64,000 nt of DNA. It comes from a virus (Duplodnaviria; Caudoviricetes). The stretch lies in the IMG/VR virus record IMGVR_UViG_3300020049_006862, positions 32,001-96,000 of that record; one strand, given 5' to 3'. The notes beneath the pieces are model-generated. The model made no database searches and had not been told where the DNA came from. It saw only the letters and a program-made list of their open reading frames with translations. Position 1 is the first letter of the stretch, and every line of letters begins with the position of its first letter. Positions 37,937 to 48,900 of this stretch are shown here, one piece after another. The translations under genes were made by a program, and so were the position numbers.

Positions 37937-38612
37937 TTTGCCTAGAGTTATTCTCTTTATCGTTAGGAGCTGATAGATATCTTATAATACTTTCTTCAGC
38001 CATTCTTATCATCATTCTACCAAGCTCAGCATCAATTGGAAAGTTATCATTCATTGGATCGTAGCAAGGAGTGTCAGTCATCTCTTCTCCCATACAAGTG
38101 CAGAAGGTTGCCAGCTTATCAGGGTCTGCCCAGATGCCTTTCATCAATGCTACCTTAAGCTTAGGCTTATTAAGGATAACAAGTTTCTTGTTTTCAATCA
38201 ACCATGCAGCTTTAGGATCTCTATTAGTTAGAGAGTATTCTGCTAAATTATTAGAAGTAATAGTTCCTTTATCAATCATCTTCCCGTCAGGTAGTTTTAC
38301 CTGAACGGAACTTGAGGTACGAGCTACTAGGTCTTGGGGTATCTCACAAGTAGACCTATTAATTTTGCAATCAAAGATATCAGGTATACACGAACAGTCG
38401 TGGTACGTATGCTCCTCTAAAGGAACACATATAGTAATGTAATTTAGATCCGAGACATATTCTTCTCGCTCTAATTTTTGTTGTATTAATTGCGCTCTGG
38501 CTTGTTTCAAATGGAAAGCAATAAACTTATCAGTCAGCTGACTGTCATTTGAAGCAGCTCCCCTATTGATGGGGATCTTCACCGCGCGTACATATTCTTT
38601 TAGTGTGGCCAC
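37911..38612 (-). CDS. Tail ring/adaptor structural protein
   Basis: 233-aa ORF: RAQLIQQKL...ICVPLE..C.C..C...RS...P...FPID; expected position in the crAss tail block. Confidence 0.7.
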   Translation of the reverse strand: MATLKEYVRAVKIPINRGAASNDSQLTDKFIAFHLKQARAQLIQQKLEREEYVSDLNYITICVPLEEHTYHDCSCIPDIFDCKINRSTCEIPQDLVARTSSSVQVKLPDGKMIDKGTITSNNLAEYSLTNRDPKAAWLIENKKLVILNKPKLKVALMKGIWADPDKLATFCTCMGEEMTDTPCYDPMNDNFPIDAELGRMMIRMAEESIIRYLSAPNDKENNSRQNEVVQDIE

Positions 38613-38633
38613 AATAATAAAATTTTATAATAT

Positions 38634-38667
38634 AATATACAACATATAATAAACATATGCAAATGTA
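38634..38667 (-). promoter_or_regulatory. Putative promoter upstream of the tail/cargo/RNAP operon
   Basis: TTGCAT-N17-TATATT, overlapped by a Bacteroidota -7-like TACATTTG, in an AT-rich gap just downstream of a terminator. Confidence 0.5.
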
Positions 38668-38685
38668 ATTATAATTTACTTTAAA

Positions 38686-38727
38686 TAAAAAAAGGGAATA
38701 CTCTCTTTTGAAGAATACTCCCTTTTG
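38686..38727 (-). terminator. Rho-independent terminator
   Basis: GGGAGTATTCTT-loop-AGAGTATTCCC followed by a T-tract on the minus strand. Confidence 0.8.
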
Positions 38728-38733
38728 TTTTGT

Positions 38734-39042
38734 TTAACCTTTTCCTTCAGCAGTGCGAATAGTATCAATTTCGGCTTTTTCTAACTCCTTGTAAGGAATT
38801 TCGTTAATAACTTTCATCTCATTCTTTACTTCAGGGATCTCAATAGTAGCAGCGACTTTCTCTGCAATCTTATCAACGTTAGCGGGATCTTCGTTCACAA
38901 GAGCTAAATCCTCCTCAGTCAATTGGTATTCCTTAGAGGCTCCTATTTCCAGCATGTCATCATGATAGCAAACAGTAAAACCTCCTGCGATAGTCTTTCC
39001 TCCCTCGGATTCAAGCCATCCTCTTTTTAATGTGTATTTCAT
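38734..39042 (-). CDS. Hypothetical protein (possible tail-fibre chaperone)
   Basis: 102-aa ORF directly downstream of the tail fibre gene. Confidence 0.6.
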   Translation of the reverse strand: MKYTLKRGWLESEGGKTIAGGFTVCYHDDMLEIGASKEYQLTEEDLALVNEDPANVDKIAEKVAATIEIPEVKNEMKVINEIPYKELEKAEIDTIRTAEGKG

Positions 39043-39043
39043 A

Positions 39044-40909
39044 TTATCCTATTACTCAAACTGAGCCGTTATAAAAAACTTTACTTACAACAGCTCCTCC
39101 GCCGACGGCAGTTGCGCCATAGGTCGGCGTTAAACTGTCGCTGACATAACACGTATCTCCCACAACAGCAGGCGTAGGAAGTGTCCCTACTGTATATCCT
39201 TGAAGTCTTACAACTCTTGTAGAAATAACATCAGAAGCAGTAAATGTGGTATTAGCACTATCGTCCGCAAGACGAGCGCTTAGGCCAGCTGAGACTCTTT
39301 TAATGGCTGGAAAACTTGAGGTCGTCCCTCCAAATTGGAAAAGATTAAAGTCATTTCCAGCATTATTCATTACTGTAAAATTATTATTAGTTACCGATTG
39401 TAACTGACTTTTACCTGATATCTCGAATCGAGTAGCAATTACAATACCAGAAAATGTACCTCCCGCAGCAGTTAAGTTTGCGTTAGCACTATCATCAGCT
39501 AAACGCACTACTATACCTGTTCCACTTCTTTGAATAGAAGGAAAAGAAGATGTAGTTCCGCCGAATTGAAGGCGGTTAAAATCCGAAATTAAATGATCTG
39601 TTATTAATAGTACCCCACTTGATGGAGCTTCTAAGACAGTGCTGTTTGACCACCTTAGTCGTGAAGTAATGCCTGCGGTAATACCGCCTGTAATTGTCAT
39701 GCTTCCGGAACTATTCAAATTAAATCCTTCAGTCAAAGTGCCGTTTCGCATGAGGCTAAGACTATAAGTAGCATCTTCAGTAGCATCAACTGCATCTGAC
39801 CAAGTTATTGACTGTGTACCAGCAACTCTGTTAGTACCTGAAGCATTCTCAAGCTCGTACTCTTGACCTACTCCAAATCCTACTGCTGCAGTGCCTGAAG
39901 TAATATGGGATAATCTTTGGGCAAAAGTAACTGCGTTAGTTACTGCGTCAGAAGCTTCTACATGGAATAGGCGATCTGGAGAGGTAGTCCCTGCTCCTAC
40001 ATTACCATTTGCGGAGACTTTAAATCCAGACCCACCGCCTGAGTTTCCTGCAGCATAAAAAACTGATCCTATTCCTGTAGCTGCTGTTGCAACAATTAAA
40101 CCTTGACCGCTTCCACTTGTATTGAATACACGTGTAAGATAGTCTGAAGCAACAGTTCCTGAAACATCAAGCTTGTGTGAAGGTGTAATGGCGCCAATTC
40201 CGACAAAACCACTATTTAACACTGTCATTACTTGACCCGAATCAATACGACTTCCGCCAGTATTTCATGCCAAGTTAAAACTATTATCATCTGCGTTTAA
40301 TCCTAGTGACCAGCCAATAGTTGTTTGATTATCTTGATTAAAAGCCATAAACAAATCTGCGCCAGAACCTCCTAAGGTATCTTTAAATTGTAGCATGGGC
40401 GAATTACCCCCTCCAACAAGCGAAAGCTGTCTATCTGGTGTAGCAGTACCTATACCTAAACGATTAGTTGAATCGTTCCAGAAAAAGTTTGCGTTGTCTT
40501 GAGCGATAGTTGATCCATCAGAAAACAACACAGAGCCTGCTGTCAGTGCAGGGAGTGTAAATGTTCCTTTTGAATTTAGCTGTGTTTGAATATCAGACGT
40601 TACTCCATCTACATAGTTTAACTCAGTAGTAGAAAGTGTTGCCCCATCCAAAATGTTTAGTTCAGCAGCGCTGGCAGTAAGTCCCGTTATTGTATCCTGC
40701 TTAGCGTTCAGAGCTGTTTGTAAATCTGTTTGAGCTGAAAGGGTTCCTGTGATAGAACCCCATGTACCTCCGCCAGAAGAAGGAAGGGTGACGGTATTAC
40801 CGTCAGTAATGGAGAGTTGATCCCCACTTATTTTTAGGTTCTGGATACAAGCATCATCAACTGTTTCGTAAACACCTGTTATTCCTTTACCATTTGAATT
40901 ATAAATCAT
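39044..40909 (-). CDS. Tail fibre protein, 621 aa; TGA=Trp at 40265 and 39056
   Basis: WGSITGTLSAQTDL, ELNYVDGVTSDIQTQLN and repeated GIGTATP-type motifs; C-terminus YNGSV-W-VIG*. Confidence 0.85.
39240..39590 (-). repeat. Tandem ~40-aa internal repeat in the tail fibre
   Basis: DFNRLQFGGTTSSFPSIQR...RLADDSAN versus DFNLFQFGGTTSSFPAIKR...RLADDSAN. Confidence 0.8.
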
Positions 40910-41412
40910 TATATTAATATTTTACCATCTTTGTAGACGAGTATATCTTTATTCTCACCTATAAGATGAGTATCAGTACTTATTGTTTCGTAGTATAACC
41001 CATCAACTCATCCTTCAAGTTTCTTTTGAGAATCAATTTTAAAATCTACATCGGAAATTTTGTTTTTTCTTACCGCCCTTCTTTTCAGCGTTCTTACTTT
41101 CTCTGACGTGCTTGGATGAATTCATTCACCTTTAGAATAAGAACCTACTAATCAGATAGAACTTACTTGGGAATTATCCGCTATTATTTGTATAGCTTTT
41201 CTAATTGTAACTTTAATTGATTCTGGCATCTTGCGTATCCTACAAAATCTGCTTCATAAAGCCATAGCCTCTGTGTCAGGAAGTACAATAACTCTTTTGT
41301 TATTATATACTTCCTGATACTTAGCTATCATCCTTTTAAATCAAGGATAAAGATCCTCAATTATTGGCCCATTATATTTAGGGTATAATGTAAGAAATTT
41401 AGAGACATCCAT
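40909..41412 (-). CDS. Putative Pol-beta-superfamily (minimal) nucleotidyltransferase, 167 aa; all five Trp encoded by TGA (missing from ORF track)
   Basis: ATG 41412 to TAA 40909, overlapping both neighbours; VSSI-W-LVGSYSKGE-W...KISDVDF matches hG[GS]...DxD. Confidence 0.65.
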
Positions 41413-43636
41413 CGAGAGGTATATAGTTATTGCCACCACCCGAACCTACAAGATTGCAAGGTCCTGGATTAGGCACAGTGTTGGTTCCCATGAAGAGCCC
41501 ATTTCAAGTAACAGTAATAACTCCTCCTACACAACTATAGTTAGTATAAAAAGTAGGCAGTGAAACCCCCCGAATTCTGAAAGACCAGTCAATGTCTATT
41601 GGGGCTTCAAGTTTCATGTATTTAGCAAGACATGAACAATAACCTGCTGGAAATCCAGCACTATTACTTGATAATTCAGCAGCTGATGGGTGACTAAATA
41701 TAAAATTAGGTATTGCAAGACTTTGTAAAACTTCTACAACATTGGGATTATATTCTAAGGTTCTGAGTGAACTACATGGTGAAGACGCATTCCCTAAACT
41801 ATACCATGGAGAACCAGCACCACCTTCATTTGAAGGATAAGAAATAAGTTCTGGGCCACTTAGCTGCTCAACGCCATTTACTATGAACGAGGAAACTTCT
41901 GTATCGTCGTTTACAAACGGCCCGACATCATGTCTTAAAAGCATTGTACAGGCATCGCTGACTACTTCAACAAATACAGTAGTTTCTTGGGTACACGGAA
42001 CAATTCCTCCGACGTAAGTAAAACTATAAATGCCTGCAGGAACATTAGTAAAGTCGGATACTGCGTGCGAGCGTAGCGGGATATCGTTAGTATTACTTGT
42101 TATGGTTGATCCTGCCGTATAGTTTGTAGGTGCCCCTGAATTGACTATAAGCTGATTTACCGTAGGCGAGGAAAAAGCTATTCTTCAATAACCACCTTCA
42201 TCAGCACCTGTGAGAAGTGTAAACAAGTCAACTGTACATCCAGAAGTACATTGATACGCAGTGCCAGAAGTTCCGTACGAAGTTGTTCCAGGAGCATATG
42301 AGATCCGCATTGGAATCGAATAGCATGTTGTTTCTGGCGCACACTCCGCACATAAGTATGTTCCAGGTAAAGCTGCCGTATAACAAAATGTAAACGTGAG
42401 AGCTCTACCAACACCGAGAGCTGTGCCACCAACCCAGCCTGTATCCATGAAATTACCAAAATCGAATGTATCATCTATTCCAGAAGATAATCCGGTTGTT
42501 ACATTCTGATCCCAAGACGTTCCTATTGCTGCTGTGTACGAAGGTATTACTACTGAAGTAGCGACCGTCCATGATCCTGCAGTGCTAGGGCTTCCGCCTA
42601 ATTGATCTCACATATTCATAACCGGGTTACCACCGAGATAACCGTCTCGGAAATCGTGCCAACATTGAATACCAAACGTAGGTGGGGTCCCTGCTTCTGG
42701 TCCTGGACCTACAAGAACCTTAACATTAAGATTTCTTTCACACATTAAACCTGGAGAAGTAGTGTACTGAAATTCGTATTCCACGCCTTCTGTAGCATTG
42801 GAAAAATTAACTAATACTGAAACACTCGATGCAGATACTACATAACCCGGAGAACGAGAAACATAAGCTCCTCCATTAATGGATAAAATAACTGGGGAAG
42901 GTCCGATATAAGTTCACCTCCCATTTAGATGTCCTGGATCTGATCCAAGACCATCTATTAAATTTTGTAAGTTGACAGAACACACGGGATCTGTACAAAC
43001 AGAATAATAAGGAGCATATTTGATAACGCCTGGATCGTAGGCAGTAGAAACATTTATTGTTGCTGTTGCTTGAGAAGTACACCCAACACATTCTAGAGTA
43101 AATCCTCCAGCGGTAGGGGCTGTATTAGTATTAACAATTATATGTTCTCCAGCATCATTATCCGGTTGAAAATAGATACCGCCAAGAGTGGGTACAATAT
43201 CTGAACCGTTAGGCCCAGAAGGAGAAGAGGGATTTGTTATAGTTCCAATTACAGATGTGCCGCAGGAAGAGGCGCTAGTTCAGTTAGTTCTCAGGTCGAA
43301 AGCAGGAATATCTGAACATACGTCTATCTCAAAATCCCCGCCTGAACAAGGAACAGTCGATACTTGAACAGTAATTATTGCAGTATCTTCACAAGGGACA
43401 GTACCTGAATCATATTGGAAAGCGTAAAATCCTGCAGAGGTAGACCCTGAAACAGAAATAGAAGGGTTGTCACCAGTCATTACGACTGACGGCGCTGGAA
43501 CACCAGAAGGTGGGGAAGCAGGATTTGCTCCCCACGGTCCAGTTGATACAGAGGCATTGTAACCTAAGTACGTCCAGATACCACCACTGTTTGCAGTAGG
43601 GTTAAGATCAGTTCGTAAAAACTTAGTACAAGCCAT
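41399..43636 (-). CDS. Cys-rich Ig-like repeat virion protein, 745 aa; five TGA=Trp codons
   Basis: Track ORFs 43280..43636, 42185..42448 and 41504..41944 join through TGA at 43280, 42913, 42608, 42185, 41504; repeated G-x-W...Y-x-F-x-Y...C motifs. Confidence 0.75.
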
Positions 43637-43640
43637 ATTC

Positions 43641-44264
43641 TTAAGGTGTGTTACAAAGTGTTACTGCTCCGTTAGTTCCTGCATCACCAGTATCTACTAC
43701 GTTAATAGTAATGGTTACTGAATCTTCGCAGTTGGTACAACCTCCAGGAGTAGTTACGTCGCCATTATCTACGGTATAGGTAAATAAGTAAGTCCCTACT
43801 CCTTCAGAAGCCGAAGGTTGGAAAGTATCATCACTACCGGAAGCTGTGTTAGCTTCATGCCCAGAAGACATAGTTCCTGTGTTTGTCCAAGTTCCATCTG
43901 TATCTGGTAGAGGCGACACCCCAAGTAAACTATAAATATTATAAATGGTAGTGTCTGAGTCGCAATACGTATAGGTATTTGCAGTTCCAGCAACTGCACC
44001 ATCAACTACTGTCACGGTGACAGTGGCAGTATCACTACAAGGTACAGAACCTACAGTATAAGTAAATACGTATGTTCCAGAGGGAGTATCACTTACACCG
44101 ATTGTTACGGTGTGCGTAACCCCGATAGCGTTACCGTTAGAATAAGTAGCGGTCGCTGCTCCGTTTACAGAGAGATCAGTAGGTCCGCCAGAAGTAAGTA
44201 CCCAAGTTCCACCAGTGTCTGGTGTACCGCCTAAGTAATCAAAAAGAGTTATAGTACAAGCCAT
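43641..44264 (-). CDS. Ig-like repeat virion protein
   Basis: Two copies of LFDYLGGTPDTGGTW...GTYVFTYTV...C.D.ATVTVTV-like units. Confidence 0.75.
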   Translation of the reverse strand: MACTITLFDYLGGTPDTGGTWVLTSGGPTDLSVNGAATATYSNGNAIGVTHTVTIGVSDTPSGTYVFTYTVGSVPCSDTATVTVTVVDGAVAGTANTYTYCDSDTTIYNIYSLLGVSPLPDTDGTWTNTGTMSSGHEANTASGSDDTFQPSASEGVGTYLFTYTVDNGDVTTPGGCTNCEDSVTITINVVDTGDAGTNGAVTLCNTP

Positions 44265-44280
44265 TGCTTATATTAGTTTT

Positions 44281-44973
44281 TTAAGAGCCTATTGCTCCTA
44301 TGATATTGACATCGAATTGTCCTATGTTAGCGGGCTCTGCTCCTATCCTAATATACAAAGTAGTAAGGGAGGAAGGCCCAGCAATAGACACATGCGTTGA
44401 TGCAGTAGTGGATGAAAGCCATCCAGAAGAATTTAAAAGATCGCCAGAGGTACATCCATCGTACACCGCAATAGCTGGTTGAAAAATACCGTCTACGCCA
44501 TAAGCCGTACTGTCAACAGTAAAGTCAATTTCCCATCCAGTGGATGAAGAAGGAACTGCGATAGCGTACCAAAGATCTACAGCGGTAGAGGATACCCACG
44601 AGGTTGGTTGATCCATTCCTGAATCAGTGGCATCTACGTAAGGGCATGTACCTCTCATATCCCCGCCTTCAAACTGAGCTTCAAACTCGTCCTTAACTAT
44701 ACCAAGAGGAATAGTAACTGACGTTGCGCAGGCATTGTTAATGGGGACAAGTGATTGTAAAAACTCTATTGCTAAATCAGCTGTTACAGAACATGCGCCA
44801 GAAGTTACAGTGTATCTGTACGTGTAGGTTCCCTCATTCACCACTGAAGTAAAGTCGAGGGTACCGTTCCAAGCTCCCGGAGCTGCTGGATTACCAGCAG
44901 GCCCAGAAACAAATGTTCAGGTTCCTCCACTCATCTTAGTTCCTGTTAATTCATTATAAGGTGTGATTATCAT
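44281..44973 (-). CDS. Ig-like repeat virion protein, 230 aa; TGA=Trp at 44917
   Basis: ATG 44973; SGGT-W-TFVSGP is the same GGTW motif that neighbouring genes encode with TGG. Confidence 0.75.
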
Positions 44974-44974
44974 A

Positions 44975-46450
44975 TTATGAACAGGTTAAGATTGTTGTAT
45001 TATCCCCAGCACAAGCAATGTTAACAGTAACTGTTGCTGCATTAGATGTCTCACCAGTAGAGTTCATTACTGTGTAGGTAAAAGTATCAGCGCCAGTCTC
45101 TCCAAGAAAAGGAGTATAGATTACTGTACCGTCTCCTGGTACAACTACTGTTCCTTTTGTAGGGGTACTAACTATAACGATAGAATTGATGAGCAGAGGG
45201 GAGCCGTTCCCTAAATCGTTCGTAAGAACATCAATAGTTACTGGTTCTTCACAGGCCACACAATCCGTGTCATTATTAGCTGTAGGAGCTGTCGCACAGT
45301 CAAGAAGGATAGTAAACACGCTTGCTACTGCACAGTTTCCATTCGTATCGCATACTGTCCAAGAAAAAGAATCAGAGCCTGTTACAGCTGGAATCTCGTA
45401 CTCAATAATGTGATCTCCTGCCATGTTAGTAGTAAGAGTGATAGAAGAAGAAAGAGGTGTAGGAGGTGTTACAACTTCCCAAGTATCCCAGTCTATTTCC
45501 ACCGTTGGCTGAGTAACAAAAATAGCTTCTTCAATGTTTATTTCAAAAATATCTGTAACTACAGCGTCGCAATCAATTTGAAAAACCGCATCAGGTATTA
45601 CCAATGTGTCCATTTCTTCGCAAGCTATAACCGTAAAGACTATAGTTCCGAGAGTAGTTCTTAATCCTTCTACTGTAGCTACACTGTAAGAACCAATGTA
45701 AGTTGTAGGAAGGGTAGTAATAGGTGCTGTAAAAGTAGCTATATTACCTGTTGTTGTAACTGCGAAACCTGTTGGCAAATTAAATTGCAGAGTGCTCCAA
45801 TCAATTGTATAACTACAACCAACTGGGTAAGGTATAAATATTTCTGCGGAAACATACTCTGAAAGATCTCCAGGGCAGTACATGTTGACTGCTAAACTTC
45901 AAGCCTGTGGGACACATATAGGAATCGAAAAATTCTCAATTTCTACGCATCCTCTACAGTCGGTAATGATAAGAGTTAATAGGCTTGTTGCCGGATAAGA
46001 TGACAAAGAGCCGTTAAGAGTGAGAGCTATAGTACTTGAGTTATTACTCGTTGTAGTTGTAGCCGAACTGAAAACTGCTGTGTCGTATGACCAATCAAAA
46101 GTCAGAGAAGAGCAGCCAGTGGATGATCCACTACCAATAAAAGTATACTGAGCATTCTGAGTAATACTTCCGGTGAGAGAAGAGCAGACATTATTAAGTG
46201 GTACAGAGATAGTACGAACGCAGCCATTAGCGTCTGTCACTACTAATTGAGCTGTCGATGTTGTTAAACAAGTCTCATTAGTAAGTACAATGTTAGTACT
46301 AATAGTCGACATTGCGTCAGGAGCAGCGGCGGTGCCAACTGTGCCTGTAGGATTAGAAAAAGATACACACGTAGAGGAAGCAGTGAACACGTAAGAATAC
46401 GGCGCTTGACCACCTGAAATAGTGTATTGATAATTAGTTAAGGTAATCAT
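44975..46450 (-). CDS. Ig/cadherin-like (Big-type) domain virion protein, 491 aa; TGA=Trp at 45899
   Basis: Two ORFs join in frame; APTANND...IDVLTND...GTVIYTP...G.DTFTYTV...SNAATVTV; GGQAPYSY/VTDANGC motifs. Confidence 0.8.
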
Positions 46451-46451
46451 A

Positions 46452-46769
46452 TTACGATATTCTTATTACGGTTATAGTACCTCCGCATGTAGGTTCTGGA
46501 TCGACGACTGTGACAGTAATGTCACAATTGAGATTATCCAAAATACAACCTTCTACTGTAGGTAATTTTTTGATAGAATTTTCTATAGTACATACTAAAG
46601 CATCTACTACTTCACACTCTACTCTGTGAGTATAAATGAAATCGTAGTTAATAGCTCTCGCAATACTTAGACCTTTCTTAGCGCAGGACACTCCATACAT
46701 TTCTGCAAAGATATCCTCCACTACTCTGTCAAAAATATAACATTTTAATTTATTTGCATCCACAGCCAT
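46452..46769 (-). CDS. Cys-rich hypothetical structural protein
   Basis: Track ORF 46452..46931; start moved to MAVDANKLK (46769) to avoid a long overlap. Confidence 0.6.
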   Translation of the reverse strand: MAVDANKLKCYIFDRVVEDIFAEMYGVSCAKKGLSIARAINYDFIYTHRVECEVVDALVCTIENSIKKLPTVEGCILDNLNCDITVTVVDPEPTCGGTITVIRIS

Positions 46770-47271
46770 TGGTAACAGAAGTTGATGTCTCAAGCCCCAA
46801 TAGTTCTTGTAATTCAGCAAATATGAGACAGGCATCAGCGCAGGCGCAGTCCGAGCACGTGTTAACAAATGTAAGGGGGAGATACAAAGAGATTGCTTTA
46901 CAATCATCCAAGTTATCTGCCATGTACTCAATCAAACAGCATTTAGTTTCCTGATCAACAAAGACACAGACAGAATCTGATTCGTAAGAACCATCATCCT
47001 GCGTGACCTTTATTTTAATCGAGAAGATACCATCTGACAAAACATCTGTCATATCGAAATACTCTGCACTAAGACGTAGGTAAGGTTCTGCCACAAATGC
47101 TTCTAATCCGTCCATATCATATTCCATCTCAGTAACGTCTTCTCCACTACAATTGTAATTAAGAATCAATTCTATGGTGTAATCTGGGTTGGGAGAATCA
47201 TCGAGCCAGGTATTAATTAGTTCTGACGAAATATCTATGTAAGAGAAATCATCAGCAATTGTGTACGTCAT
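46750..47271 (-). CDS. Structural (tail hub-like) protein with Cys-rich C-terminus
   Basis: DGIFSIKI...C...C.DCAC..A...CGCK; acidic; in the structural block. Confidence 0.65.
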   Translation of the reverse strand: MTYTIADDFSYIDISSELINTWLDDSPNPDYTIELILNYNCSGEDVTEMEYDMDGLEAFVAEPYLRLSAEYFDMTDVLSDGIFSIKIKVTQDDGSYESDSVCVFVDQETKCCLIEYMADNLDDCKAISLYLPLTFVNTCSDCACADACLIFAELQELLGLETSTSVTNGCGCK

Positions 47272-47275
47272 GTTA

Positions 47276-47815
47276 TTATTTATTTTCTATGTTGACAGCT
47301 ACACATTTTGGAGCTGTCCTATTACCGCCAAAGTAAAAGTTAATGAGGTAATAATTCTTTTTGTACGGTATAAAGTAAGTCTTGCTAATGGTAAGTTTAG
47401 GATCTGAACCAGCCTCTATATTTTGAAAAGTAAAGTAGCAAGTTTTAGACGATTCATCTAAGTTAAGCTTAATACGAATTTTCGACCAAAGTGGAAACTT
47501 ATAAACCTCTTCCCCGTATATTCTCTTACCATCTCTATTGAAGTAGGGTGTGAGGTGTATCAATTTGGTCTCAGGATCGTAGCACCAACCAATCATAGCT
47601 GCTGCTTTATCCGGGTTCAGCCAGTTCCAAGACACTCCTAACAATTTAGACCAGTCCCATTGATCTGATCCATCCCCAGCAGTTTGCCAATCAGGAAATT
47701 CGTAAGCCATGTCGCCCAACAACTGTACATCCCAAGTAAGAGTCTTCTTACTTTTAGGAATAGGTAAATTGCGAGGAACACTATGGTGTAGTCCTTTTAA
47801 AATGTATCTTTTCAT
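47276..47815 (-). CDS. Hypothetical protein (Trp/Tyr-rich, lectin-like beta fold possible)
   Basis: 179-aa ORF: DWSKLLG...IGW...FYFGGNRTAP. Confidence 0.65.
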   Translation of the reverse strand: MKRYILKGLHHSVPRNLPIPKSKKTLTWDVQLLGDMAYEFPDWQTAGDGSDQWDWSKLLGVSWNWLNPDKAAAMIGWCYDPETKLIHLTPYFNRDGKRIYGEEVYKFPLWSKIRIKLNLDESSKTCYFTFQNIEAGSDPKLTISKTYFIPYKKNYYLINFYFGGNRTAPKCVAVNIENK

Positions 47816-48900
47816 TATGGGTATACTCTAATTTCAATTGTAAACGTGCCAGTTACATCTGTAAACAGAGTCCCGCCATCTACGGTTCTAATCTGTACAG
47901 TATTATTATCTGCTCTATACACACCAATTAGAAAGGGAGGCTGTCCGTAAGTATCTGGATTGTCGGAATAAGATATAAAACAAGTAGTTTTATTAGCAGT
48001 AAACGCTGCGCTTAAGGTTCCTGTGTATCTTCCAGTTACATCTCTCGCTCAAACAATTGGACCGCTGAGATCATTAGAAATAATCGTAGCGGTTGGATTA
48101 CTACTTCCGCTAAAAGCCAGCAAAGCTGTGTAGGAGAGATATGCAGCTCCGGCAGCATCTTCCCAAGTAGTTACCCCAGAACCATCAGTAGTTAAAACTT
48201 GATTAGCCGACCCATCGTTGGGGGGCAAAGTAAGTGTGTAATTAGAGGAAACAGATACTGGAGTCTTTATGGTTATTGTTTGTTGAGCTGCTGCTGTTAA
48301 AATTCTAATTTCGCCAGGATCTGAGCCGCCAAGAGGAGATATTGTAAATGTTCCAAAATTAACTGTACCAGTACCACCTACAGTAAATCTACCGCCATTT
48401 GCTGTGTACATTTGTACTTGATTAGAAGTAACTTCTACACGATCGGAGCCTATACCAAACGTTGAAATTTTTACTGCCGGTGAAGCTTTGTCTTGAAAAG
48501 ACAAGGCATCATCTCCATTCGCATATTGAATTGTGAAAGAAGGATTTGGGAAAGGTGACGAAGCTCTTTGCACCATTGTTGCAACTGCCCCAAGGGTAAT
48601 CGTTCCACTCCCCCCATATATTCCATTTCCATCGCCTCCAGAAATATCTTCCCAAGTAACTACTCCATCACCATCTGTTTGGAGAACTTGTCCTGCGTCA
48701 CCATCTGTTAAAGGAAGAGTGTACGCAGAAGGAACTTCATCTGGAAGGCCAACAACAATAGCATTAGTAAAATCTACTCGTCCGCGAAATTCTACATCAT
48801 CAGTATTCAAATTAACCACACCTTCGTTAGGTGGAGTATAAACTCTGAAACGAGAAGCGGGGGTAGGTTTGTTTTTCGAGTTAGTTACTACTCGTCTCAT
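47815..48900 (-). CDS. Fibre-like virion protein, 361 aa; TGA=Trp at 48049
   Basis: Two LP..DG..QVL.TDG.G..TWED repeats; read-through completes a YTALL...PTATI...IV-W-AR...G.Y.GTL...IEIRVYP domain and ends in a TAATG overlap. Confidence 0.8.
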
